In this document: positions 9,861 through 18,789 of the stretch, piece after piece
Numbering within the stretch: position 1 is the first letter of the stretch
Layout: every line of letters begins with the position of its first letter
NCBI GenBank assembly: GCA_035627515.1
Contig: DASPLQ010000012.1
Location: forward strand, 906,331-970,330
Reading direction: 5' to 3'
DNA length: 64,000 bases
Source of the DNA: Vitreimonas sp.
GTDB lineage: Bacteria > Patescibacteriota > Microgenomatia > UBA1400 > PJMF01
Notes under the pieces: generated by a model
Databases searched by the model: none
Told to the model about the DNA's origin: nothing
What the model saw: the letters and a program-made list of their open reading frames with translations, nothing else
Position numbers and translations under genes: made by a program

Positions 9861-10497
9861 TTTCCAGTGACTTCAACACGTCCATGCCAGCTGTAACCTT
9901 GCCAAAAATAGCATGTTTACCATCTAACCATGGTGTGGCGGCATAGGTGATGAAAAATTGACTACCACCAGTATTGGGGCCGGCGTTAGCCATAGAGACC
10001 ATACCTTCACTATCGTGAGCTAAACCTTCGCCAAACTCATCAGCAATAGTATAGCCAGGACCACCACTGCCCCACATACCTTGTTTAGTCGGATCTTTGG
10101 TTAAGGGATCACCAACTTGGGCCATAAAATCAGGAATGACGCGGTGGAAGACGATGCCATTATAAAAACCTTCTTTAACTAAATTAAGGAAGTTGGCGGT
10201 GGTTAAGGGGGCTTTATCTCGGTAGAGTTCAAACGTAATTGCGCCTTTATTGGTCATGATTGTAGCTTGTGTAGCATCAATTTTTTCAAAATCTTGTAGA
10301 GTTTTCATACCGCCTTTCTGTTGACGAGGATTAGCTGTAGCTTGTGGGTTAGTAGGTGGTGGTGATGTTAACGAAGTTTGTTGATTTTGACCAGAGGGTA
10401 AAGTTTGGGTTTTGATTTTTAGGTCATTGGATTGTTGTTGGCAGCCGGCTAAGATAAAGCCAGCTAATAAGAGGGAAAAAACAACTTTTCTTTTCAT
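9826..10497 (-). CDS. Cyclophilin-type peptidyl-prolyl isomerase, probable lipoprotein
   Basis: FHRVIPDFMAQVGDP, SMANAGPNTGGSQFFIT, WLDGKHAIFG; lipobox FILAGC after MKRK. Start placed at ATG 10497. Confidence 0.93.
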   Translation of the reverse strand: MKRKVVFSLLLAGFILAGCQQQSNDLKIKTQTLPSGQNQQTSLTSPPPTNPQATANPRQQKGGMKTLQDFEKIDATQATIMTNKGAITFELYRDKAPLTTANFLNLVKEGFYNGIVFHRVIPDFMAQVGDPLTKDPTKQGMWGSGGPGYTIADEFGEGLAHDSEGMVSMANAGPNTGGSQFFITYAATPWLDGKHAIFGKVTAGMDVLKSLENGDTITEITYK

Positions 10498-10549
10498 AGA
10501 CTGACAGTATAATCTACTTTGGTCACTTTTTACCACCCGAGATTAAAAA

Positions 10550-11782
10550 ATGTGGATATCAAAATACTTTCATCACGAATTAACACATTTTAAAACCCTG
10601 AGCGAGACTGCTCAGCGTCACTTAATTTCCATTGCCGTTTATGAATTAACGTATCCGTTGTTGTTTATTTTTCTGAATGCTTTTATTTTGCGACAGACCA
10701 GTAGTTTTGCCGCGGTGGCTATTTATAACTTGGGGATGTTTTGTGCCTTGCCACTCACGTTTTACCTAAATGGTATGGCCTTGAAACGGACCAAAATTCA
10801 TTATCCGTATATCTTAGGTATTATTGGTCAAGGTTTAGCTGCGAGTTTAGTTTTCTTTTTCCCTTTGAGTTCGTTATGGTCATTGTTTGGGTTTGGTTTG
10901 TTGCAAGGTATCCCGATGGGCTTTTACTGGGCAAATCGCAACTTTGTTAACTTGGATGCCACCACAGATGATAATCGTAATTACTACAACGGCATCGAGA
11001 TGTTATTGACGACTATTGCTGGGATTATTACCCCGGCCGTGCTTGGTTGGATTATTCGGTTAGGGGATTTTGTGACGCTGTACACTGCAGAGCAAGCTTA
11101 CCAAGGGCTCAATATTGTGGCACTGGGATTATTGCTTTTCTCGGGTTGGTTACTGATGGCGGCGCGGATCGACAACCCACTCTTTAACAAATTACTACTT
11201 GGGCGGGCGACTCCGCTGTGGAATGTGGCTCGTCTCTTGGAAGTATTGAGAGGCGTGCAAAATGGCTTTGACTTATTTTTAGCGCCTTTAGTTAGCTTCA
11301 CTTTTTTTGGTAAAGAGGGTACTTTTGGGGCACTACAATCTACTTCGGCTGTGCTGGATGCCTTAGCGCTCTATGCTATTGCCCGTTATGCTAAGCCCAA
11401 GCATCGTTTGAAGGCACTGGGGTTGGGAGTCGCACTTTTAGTAGTGAGTACCTGTTTATTTAGTTTTCAATTTTCGTTTTTAGCCGCGCTGATTTTTTCA
11501 TTACTGATGCGGCCGATTTTTCATCTCAACTGGACTGTCAGTAACCCGATTACTATGCGTGTGATTGACGAAGAAGATGGAGGTGATCCCACTAATAATT
11601 ATGCCTATGTGGTAGATCGGGAGTTTTTCCTGAATATTGGGCGAGTTGCGGGCATTGGATTATTTTTTGCCTTTTTACAATACTCCACACAAGAGCAAGC
11701 TCTACGGTGGGTACCATTGGTGCCAGCTTTCCTGCAAGTTGGTTTGTGGTGGTGTGCTAAAAAATTAGCTGCCAAACACTAG
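10550..11782 (+). CDS. MFS transporter
   Basis: About 12 hydrophobic segments in 410 aa; REFFLNIGR motif near the C-terminus. Confidence 0.8.
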   Translation: MWISKYFHHELTHFKTLSETAQRHLISIAVYELTYPLLFIFLNAFILRQTSSFAAVAIYNLGMFCALPLTFYLNGMALKRTKIHYPYILGIIGQGLAASLVFFFPLSSLWSLFGFGLLQGIPMGFYWANRNFVNLDATTDDNRNYYNGIEMLLTTIAGIITPAVLGWIIRLGDFVTLYTAEQAYQGLNIVALGLLLFSGWLLMAARIDNPLFNKLLLGRATPLWNVARLLEVLRGVQNGFDLFLAPLVSFTFFGKEGTFGALQSTSAVLDALALYAIARYAKPKHRLKALGLGVALLVVSTCLFSFQFSFLAALIFSLLMRPIFHLNWTVSNPITMRVIDEEDGGDPTNNYAYVVDREFFLNIGRVAGIGLFFAFLQYSTQEQALRWVPLVPAFLQVGLWWCAKKLAAKH

Positions 11783-11783
11783 T

Positions 11784-12896
11784 TTAAATTTCGGTTTTAT
11801 TTTTCAAGATATTACTCTCGAAGGAGGTGATTAGCTTTTGTTTGCGAGCATGCTTTTCTAAAGCAATTGTCACCAATTCGTCAATTAACTGGGGATAAGG
11901 TAACCCCGTGGCTTCCCATAAATAAAAACTCATGCTGCCCGGAATTGTGTTGAGCTCTACCACGTAAATGGTTTCTTCTGATGGGTCCACAAAGAAATCA
12001 ATGCGTACCACACCTGTACAGTCAAAAATGCGGAAAAGATGCTTGGCGAGGTCCTGTAACTTAGTGGTCAACGTAGAACTAATCGGAGCAGGAATACGAC
12101 GGTTAGCGCTAGCCATACCACTTTTTTTACCACCTCCTCGCTCGTATTTATCGGCGTAACTCAAAAACTCATCAGCTTTGATGGGTTGTTCAGGCACTGA
12201 AGCGCGAGTGTTACCTTCAATTCCTAGCACTGAAACATTCACCTCGATGCAATCTTTAATTTCGGTTTCAACTAAGACGCGTTCATCATACTGACAGACT
12301 TGATTGATGACCTGAGTGAGTTGGTTTTCATCTTTGACCTTCTCAATACCGATCGTGGAGCCACCATTAGCTGGTTTAATAAAAACCGGCAGGCCCAGGC
12401 CTTTAATTTGTGTTAAAACTGCACCAGGATTAGTTAACCATTGCTGGTGAGTAAACCAGATAAAGTTGGCTTGGTTAATGCCCTCGGCTTTGAGAATTTG
12501 GCGGGTGATGATTTTATCGAAAGCAGCAGCAGAACTGGTGACTGGTGGTCCTTGATAGGGAATGCCGGCTAACTCAAGTAGACCTTGGACATTGCCAGCC
12601 TCACCATACGCTCCATGAAAACAAAGAATAGCCACGTCAATCGAAGTACTGTTTTTATTTGCATTCAAAGTGTAAGGTAACAGCCCGGTGGGCTTAAAGA
12701 GGTCTTGAGTACCATAACTGGCAATAGTTAGCAGTTGGTCGCCGGTCCACCATTGGCCGGCTTTATCCACATATAGTGGCAGGATATCATATTTTTCTCG
12801 GTCAGCATTTTTCATCAGCTGCACAGCCGTGATCACTGAGACTTCATGTTCCACGGTCTCACCACCAAATAACACAGCTAAGGTTCGTTTTGACAT
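11784..12896 (-). CDS. ddl: D-alanine--D-alanine ligase
   Basis: FGGETVEHEVS, HGAYGE.G..QG.LE, IKPANGGS.IG, ELNTIPGS. Start placed at MSKRT (12896). Confidence 0.92.
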   Translation of the reverse strand: MSKRTLAVLFGGETVEHEVSVITAVQLMKNADREKYDILPLYVDKAGQWWTGDQLLTIASYGTQDLFKPTGLLPYTLNANKNSTSIDVAILCFHGAYGEAGNVQGLLELAGIPYQGPPVTSSAAAFDKIITRQILKAEGINQANFIWFTHQQWLTNPGAVLTQIKGLGLPVFIKPANGGSTIGIEKVKDENQLTQVINQVCQYDERVLVETEIKDCIEVNVSVLGIEGNTRASVPEQPIKADEFLSYADKYERGGGKKSGMASANRRIPAPISSTLTTKLQDLAKHLFRIFDCTGVVRIDFFVDPSEETIYVVELNTIPGSMSFYLWEATGLPYPQLIDELVTIALEKHARKQKLITSFESNILKNKTEI

Positions 12897-12986
12897 ATGA
12901 CAGAGATTATACACAGCCCCAGCAAGAATTTGAGCCATAAAAGCAATTTCATACGCACCTATGACACACAGTGATATAATAATAGT

Positions 12987-14294
12987 ATGTCTGGAAGAAG
13001 AAGGTTAGAGTCGATCGAGGATCATCGCACGCTGCAAAGCCACATCATAGGACAAAAGTATATAGGTGGAGCAAACGTTGAGTTTGGGCCGGCGGGCAAG
13101 TCTGAAGTAAACGAACCTGTGTCCTCAAACCGTTATAGCAAGCTTTTTAATGAAGATTTACGCCATCCTAATGAAGAAAATAGGCAAGGTCTGTCACCTG
13201 GCCAAGTGCGTGCCAAAGAGATTTTTGATGAGTATCTTCACTACAATCACCTTAATGAACGTGAGTATCTTTCTCCAAAACTTGGTGAGCAATTGACCAC
13301 TGCCACCCTACTTAATTTCATCTCTCTGCACAGAAGATCATTTGATGATCACGAACTCAAAGGATTTGTAAGTTATTGGCTTAATCACCATTTAGAACAA
13401 GGGCAGATTACCCATGTGATTGACTGCTGTTTTATACAAAACCACCTTGCTAATAGATTTGACTTAAATCTTCACTTAGACACTTCGGCGTTGATTGCTG
13501 CTTACTTGATGGCTTCTCACCCCCCACATGACATACTTACCAAGTTGCATTTAGTTATCACTCAGCTTAAGTTTAAGAGTAGTTCACGGGAAGAGATGTG
13601 GGCACATTTTTTGCCTGTTGGTTTCCCACTCAACGAACTAGTGATGGCTGAGTTTAAGCATAAAAATACTGCTCGAACGATTCTGTTTCTTAATCGCATT
13701 ACTCCAGAAATGCAAGAAGTCTTACAGCTCGATGTGCCCAAGTTAATAAAAATGTTAAAAACCCTCATAGCGCAACAGTATTTGTCAGGGGGGCCGATGG
13801 TGACTGAAGACGACGTCAAAAGTTTTTTTGATAGTTTGCCTAAAAGACTTACTGTTGTAGAAGATAAAGATATTCAGGCATCAAAAGAAGTAATTGATGC
13901 CAGAGGTTTTATGCCTGCACAACCACTGATTGCTTATGATGAGATGAGACAATTGACATTTTATTACATGTCTCAAGCCGCTGTTGGGCTGGAAAGTATT
14001 GCTGACATTAAAAACATGATAATGATGGAGGCAGGTTATTTTTTCACTACTGGCATGGCTCCTCTCACCGAATGGCAAAGAGTAGAAATCTGGCAAAATT
14101 ATTGGCAGGGAGTATTAGAACGATTTATAAATGGACGTTATGCTGAGGAGAATGTGATTAATATTGGGTATCAGTTGATTAAACAAGGGTTACTGTTAAA
14201 AGGTGAGGTAATTGTAGTAGCGCAACAAACATTGAGAGAGACACCAGCCATTATTACTGGATTAAATAAGCGCTGCCCTGATCCTGAGTACTAA
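12987..14294 (+). CDS. Hypothetical protein (ORFan-like) inserted antisense between murF and ddl
   Basis: 435-aa ORF with TATAAT 6 nt upstream of the ATG; no motif recognised. Confidence 0.65.
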   Translation: MSGRRRLESIEDHRTLQSHIIGQKYIGGANVEFGPAGKSEVNEPVSSNRYSKLFNEDLRHPNEENRQGLSPGQVRAKEIFDEYLHYNHLNEREYLSPKLGEQLTTATLLNFISLHRRSFDDHELKGFVSYWLNHHLEQGQITHVIDCCFIQNHLANRFDLNLHLDTSALIAAYLMASHPPHDILTKLHLVITQLKFKSSSREEMWAHFLPVGFPLNELVMAEFKHKNTARTILFLNRITPEMQEVLQLDVPKLIKMLKTLIAQQYLSGGPMVTEDDVKSFFDSLPKRLTVVEDKDIQASKEVIDARGFMPAQPLIAYDEMRQLTFYYMSQAAVGLESIADIKNMIMMEAGYFFTTGMAPLTEWQRVEIWQNYWQGVLERFINGRYAEENVINIGYQLIKQGLLLKGEVIVVAQQTLRETPAIITGLNKRCPDPEY

Positions 14295-15610
14295 ACATAC
14301 ACTTCACGATACCCACCTTCAAACAACACCACACTGCCGGCGATGACAAATTCCTGAATGGCGGCAAAAGCTTCTTCCTGAGAATTGCCGACTTTGATGT
14401 GATCGGCCTTACCACCGGCGAGGGTAAAACCATCGATGATTTTTTGTGTCCAAGGAGCTTTGATTAAACCCACATAATCGACCTGTTTGGCCAAACTTTG
14501 GCCAAAAGCAAAGTGGATGGCATCACTGGCCTCACCGAGCTCAGTAAATCCTAAAGTGACTAACAGTCGCCTTGAGGGCTCGAGTTGGTTGAGGAGTTTT
14601 AATGATTCTTGCACCGAGTCAGGGTTGGTGTTGTAACTATTATCCAAGACTAAGACATTATTTTCAGCAAACGTCGGCTCATGCCTGCGAGTAATGTATG
14701 GTGTAGTGCGAAGGCGTTTAGAAATAGCGATAGTTTCTTGCTGCAACCGTGGTGCCAGCCAAAAGGCCGTCAAACAGTTCACGGCTTGATGCTCACCAAA
14801 TAAAGGTGTGAAACTTTGATATGTGTGATTAGTTTTTTTATCCAGGACTTCAAACTCAGTTCCAGCTCGGGTTACTTTAGCATTAAAGACACGCAACTCG
14901 GTGGCAGGCTGAGAACCATAATAACTCAGTGGCAAATCAGAAAAATACCGTTGATTCTGTTCTGCAACGATCAGTCGCGAAAAATCTTTTTTGAAGTAAC
15001 TCACAAAACTGTGAAAGGTTTCAATTAACTTTTCGAAACTACCGATGACTTCTAAATGCTGACGGCCAATCGGAGTCAAAATGCCAAAATGTGGTTTGAC
15101 GAACTGAGTTAAGTTGGGAATGTCTTCAGGATGGTACTCACCAAACTCAACAATAAAAACCTTATGATGGGCTTTTAAATCTTCACGGATGACTTGAGCA
15201 ATCCCGAGCATCGTATTGATGCTGTTAGGAGTTGTTAAAGCCTTGTTATCTTGAGAAAAAGCGTGAAAAAGAATGTTTTTAGTGGAGGTTTTAGCATAAC
15301 TTCCGGCGATGGCAACTACTTTCAGGCCGCGGAGTTTATACCACCATAACTTCCAACTGGCACGAGTGTAAATGCTCCAGCGGACCATGTTTTCCAGTGG
15401 GGTAATTATGCTCACCGCGAGACTAATACTAGTGACGGAGGGTAAAAAGAAAAGGCCAGAACTAATTAAGTTAATGAGCTTAAGTTTAGCTGTCCATTTT
15501 TCAATGGCAACTTCTTGGGTATCAGTGGCATGTTCCTGTGCCCACTTTTTCCAACGGGGTAGATCGTACTCACTTTGTTGTAGGATAGCTAATAAAGTAG
15601 TTTTATTCAT
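14291..15610 (-). CDS. murF: UDP-MurNAc-tripeptide--D-Ala-D-Ala ligase
   Basis: AIAGSYAKTSTK P-loop, TPNSINT..GI, LDNSYNTNPDS, GFTELG; close to ddl. Confidence 0.85.
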   Translation of the reverse strand: MNKTTLLAILQQSEYDLPRWKKWAQEHATDTQEVAIEKWTAKLKLINLISSGLFFLPSVTSISLAVSIITPLENMVRWSIYTRASWKLWWYKLRGLKVVAIAGSYAKTSTKNILFHAFSQDNKALTTPNSINTMLGIAQVIREDLKAHHKVFIVEFGEYHPEDIPNLTQFVKPHFGILTPIGRQHLEVIGSFEKLIETFHSFVSYFKKDFSRLIVAEQNQRYFSDLPLSYYGSQPATELRVFNAKVTRAGTEFEVLDKKTNHTYQSFTPLFGEHQAVNCLTAFWLAPRLQQETIAISKRLRTTPYITRRHEPTFAENNVLVLDNSYNTNPDSVQESLKLLNQLEPSRRLLVTLGFTELGEASDAIHFAFGQSLAKQVDYVGLIKAPWTQKIIDGFTLAGGKADHIKVGNSQEEAFAAIQEFVIAGSVVLFEGGYREVYV

Positions 15611-16341
15611 AATTCAGGCCAATACTTTAAGCGTCGGACGCCATCACCATTTTCTAGCCGATAGGCATAGTAGCCATAGTTTCGGCCATCATGATATTTT
15701 TCTTGCCAGTGCTGTTTTTCTAAACCGGCACTCGGCTTCACAATCTTAATTGTAGCAAAATGCGGCCCATTCTTTTCAGTCAAAAGTCCGGAATGAGTAT
15801 ACGTAATCGTACTGGGCGTGACTGTGGTGACTAGAGCTACGTGTTTGCCGTGCCATTCTTCAGCTGTTAACCTCAGCAAGTCACCTACTTTAATATCTTT
15901 AGTTTGTTCGATGGGAAAGGTGTTCAGGGCATTGGTCAGAGTATGAGCACTGATTTTTCGTTCACGGCGAAACGATAAGATCATTTTTTCTAATTGCCCC
16001 TGCCAGCCGGGGTATCTCAAGAGGTGACGTTTGATGCTATAGCCATACTGTTCTTGCCAATACATATCCAGCAGCTGATAAATATAGCCTGAACAATCTA
16101 AACCAATCCGTGCTTGCTGCAGTTTTGTTTTGAGATCAGCACGTTTAATTGAAGTGAGCTCCTGCTGTGTTTGAGCCAGATAGGCTTTAATTTCGCGCTG
16201 CAGGGTGATCAAAGAGCCTTTTCCTTCCGAGCGCCAATAATAGGTTCGGTTACCATCCGATATAAAGTAAGGGAGCTCAACCTTGATTCCATCAAGATTA
16301 AAATTAACAAATAAGTTAGCCAAATCGTGAAAGCTCGGCAT
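15607..16341 (-). CDS. NlpC/P60-superfamily (papain-like) hydrolase, no signal peptide
   Basis: GLDCSGYIY (catalytic Cys), DIKVGDLL, GKHVALV (His), TYTHS (third residue). Confidence 0.7.
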   Translation of the reverse strand: MPSFHDLANLFVNFNLDGIKVELPYFISDGNRTYYWRSEGKGSLITLQREIKAYLAQTQQELTSIKRADLKTKLQQARIGLDCSGYIYQLLDMYWQEQYGYSIKRHLLRYPGWQGQLEKMILSFRRERKISAHTLTNALNTFPIEQTKDIKVGDLLRLTAEEWHGKHVALVTTVTPSTITYTHSGLLTEKNGPHFATIKIVKPSAGLEKQHWQEKYHDGRNYGYYAYRLENGDGVRRLKYWPEL

Positions 16342-17099
16342 TATTCGAGACCAAACTCAGTTAGCAAAGTAGTGATAAAACGTTGTGATTCATCGAGGAA
16401 GGGAAAATGTCCTGAGTGGTCAAAAGTAATTAACTTGGAGTGAGGAATCAGCTGTGCAAATTTATGAGCTTGGTGCCATGGCGTTTCAGGATCATTTTTA
16501 CCCCACAGCAAAAGAGTTTCAGCTTGAATTTTGACTAGGTCATTACTAATATTTTCGGAGACAATTTTTTGTAAAATGGCGCGTTGCTGAGGGTTAGAAT
16601 AAAAATGATCAGTAGCGGAGCCGGTGGCAGTTAAGAGTTTTAGTTTCCAGCGGCGAGGAATGAGCTCTTTGAAAGACTGGGGAATAAGGCCTAAAATATT
16701 TTTTTGCATTTGTCTTGATTTTGGTAAAGGATCCGGCAGCCCTGAAGATCCGATCAGGATTAATTTTTGTAGCTTTTCTGGGTGAGAAGCTGCATGTACG
16801 GCTGCCATCTTGCCTCCAAATGAGTGGCCCATCAGGTGATAATTTTGGTTCTGAGTGGTATGAGCAATAAACTCTTGCAGCCACAACACGTACTCACTTA
16901 CTTGCCAGGTTTCAGTAGGGCTACTGGATTGTCCAAAGGCAGGTAAGTCAGGGATAATTAACTTGAAGTGAGCTGAGAGGGGGGTGATTAGTGGATGCCA
17001 AATTTGCCAGTCACAGCCCCAACCGTGGAGTAATACTAAAGGCTGGCCGCTGCCAATCACTTGGTACTGTGTTTTGACGTGATTAAAAGTCGCAAACAT
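16341..17099 (-). CDS. Alpha/beta-fold hydrolase
   Basis: LHGWG, DLPAFGQS, GHSFGG nucleophile elbow, WGKNDPETP, SGHFPF. Confidence 0.9.
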   Translation of the reverse strand: MFATFNHVKTQYQVIGSGQPLVLLHGWGCDWQIWHPLITPLSAHFKLIIPDLPAFGQSSSPTETWQVSEYVLWLQEFIAHTTQNQNYHLMGHSFGGKMAAVHAASHPEKLQKLILIGSSGLPDPLPKSRQMQKNILGLIPQSFKELIPRRWKLKLLTATGSATDHFYSNPQQRAILQKIVSENISNDLVKIQAETLLLWGKNDPETPWHQAHKFAQLIPHSKLITFDHSGHFPFLDESQRFITTLLTEFGLE

Positions 17100-17106
17100 G
17101 CACTTC

Positions 17107-18507
17107 CTAACGTTTAACTTCGTAGCTTTCTAAATGTTTAATGAACACCACGGGAGCATCTTCTAAGAAAAATTGTTGGAATTCTTGATAGATAGCTAAG
17201 CGCTCAGTCTGATCAAAGGTTTTGCGACCTTTTTCCAATAAACTATCAATTCTCGTATTACGATAATGGATAAAGTTGGAGCTTTGTTCAGAATGCCATA
17301 AGGTATATTGATCAGGATCTTGAGGAGATTCTTGACCGACTAATAGAATTTGAAAGTTACTCGTATCAGGATAGTTATTAATCCGCACCGTGACCGTAAT
17401 TTTCACATTTTCACAAATCGCTTTATCCTTAATGTCTTTATTATTTTGACATGAGGTGTACGCCTCTTGGCCAAGTTTTTCCCAATGTTGTTTGATTTCT
17501 TCAGCGTCTTTATGGAAGTTGGTGGTAGTTGTTAGCTCTAAATTTAACGGTTGCTGGGGTGGTTCGGAGAGGAGACGCTCGGTAGCACGTTCCAAATCAT
17601 AGTCATAGGTTTTGGCGCCTTGAAAGCTGGCCCATGATTGGGGACTAATGGGCCCAGCAGCTCTGATGTCATCGGCAGGTTTAGGGGTAGCATAAGAGAG
17701 GGCTTGGCGTACATTTTTCAGGAATGCCGGATGGTTGTTATTAAAGAATACACCTAAATATCGATTGTAGTTGATGTGTTTAGTGACTTGGACAGTTGGC
17801 CAACTTTCTAACCCATACGATGTTGCCAGATCAGAAATTTGATCTACTTCTCCTCGTTTGAAGCCCAGCACGGCTTCTTCTTCTGTCAGATAAAAGCGAT
17901 ATACTAGGCGCTCGGTATCATTTTCTACAATCACTTCTTTGAGTTGAGGTCCATCGAGTTTATAGTTGACTAAACGATAGGCTCCCAAGCCAATAATATT
18001 TTCCTGAGTGAAAAACCCCATTCTTTTGATAGTTTGGGTTTTTAAAAGTGGTTGACTCACTACGGTGGGAAAAGCTACATAGGTGTCAGGTAACTTAAAA
18101 ACAATGTCATTGGGAGTAGTAATGATTTTAACGTCTTTAAAATTATAGGTGACGTCGGCTGGGGTCAGAGGTTGGCCATCTTGCCAGGTGATGTTTTTTT
18201 TGAGAACGAAGCGAAAATCTTTGCCATCATTTTCTACGGTCCAACGCTCAGAGAGGTCTGGGGCAACTGATCCATCTTCAAGGACTTGAGTGAGACCGGC
18301 ACTAAGCTTTTGTTGAATTGGTAAAGGTAAAGAGGTCAAAGAATACTCGCCGACCACTCCGATATAGGTGCGTTTTTTACTACTTAACCGATTGATAACT
18401 AAGGGAAGAAGGAGTGAAAATAAAATCACTGCAATCACAATCGAGGCCAACATCACAAACCCGTGTTTGCGCAAGTAGGCACTTAAATACCAGTAATAAG
18501 TTCGCAT
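17107..18507 (-). CDS. Peptide/nickel ABC-type solute-binding protein (family 5), TM-anchored, no permease nearby
   Basis: PDLSERW...F.LKK...WQDGQPLTPADV.Y; DPDQY.LWHS...NF..Y.N..ID.LLE.GR. Confidence 0.85.
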   Translation of the reverse strand: MRTYYWYLSAYLRKHGFVMLASIVIAVILFSLLLPLVINRLSSKKRTYIGVVGEYSLTSLPLPIQQKLSAGLTQVLEDGSVAPDLSERWTVENDGKDFRFVLKKNITWQDGQPLTPADVTYNFKDVKIITTPNDIVFKLPDTYVAFPTVVSQPLLKTQTIKRMGFFTQENIIGLGAYRLVNYKLDGPQLKEVIVENDTERLVYRFYLTEEEAVLGFKRGEVDQISDLATSYGLESWPTVQVTKHINYNRYLGVFFNNNHPAFLKNVRQALSYATPKPADDIRAAGPISPQSWASFQGAKTYDYDLERATERLLSEPPQQPLNLELTTTTNFHKDAEEIKQHWEKLGQEAYTSCQNNKDIKDKAICENVKITVTVRINNYPDTSNFQILLVGQESPQDPDQYTLWHSEQSSNFIHYRNTRIDSLLEKGRKTFDQTERLAIYQEFQQFFLEDAPVVFIKHLESYEVKR

Positions 18508-18540
18508 GTTTGAGTGTACTGCTTGTACGTTTGTTTAACT

Positions 18541-18759
18541 TTAAATCAACACAACTGTTAACAGTGAAGTGATAATAAACAACCCGACCAAAACGAAGCT
18601 GGCATAGAAAATGACTTTTTCTATTCCTCGTCGTGTATGGTAGGTTTCGCCACCGCCGCCCCAGGTACTGCCCAGTCCTGAGCCTTGAGCCTGCAATAAA
18701 ATGGCGCCAGTAATTAAAATAGCGAGAATAATTTGGGCTCCAAACAAAAACGTATGCAT
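18541..18759 (-). CDS. secG: Preprotein translocase subunit SecG
   Basis: Two TMs separated by ILLQAQGSGLGSTWGGG..YHTRRG.EK; GAGG SD upstream. Confidence 0.9.
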   Translation of the reverse strand: MHTFLFGAQIILAILITGAILLQAQGSGLGSTWGGGGETYHTRRGIEKVIFYASFVLVGLFIITSLLTVVLI

Positions 18760-18789
18760 ATTCTTCCTCTCAACTTCATTTTAGCATTG

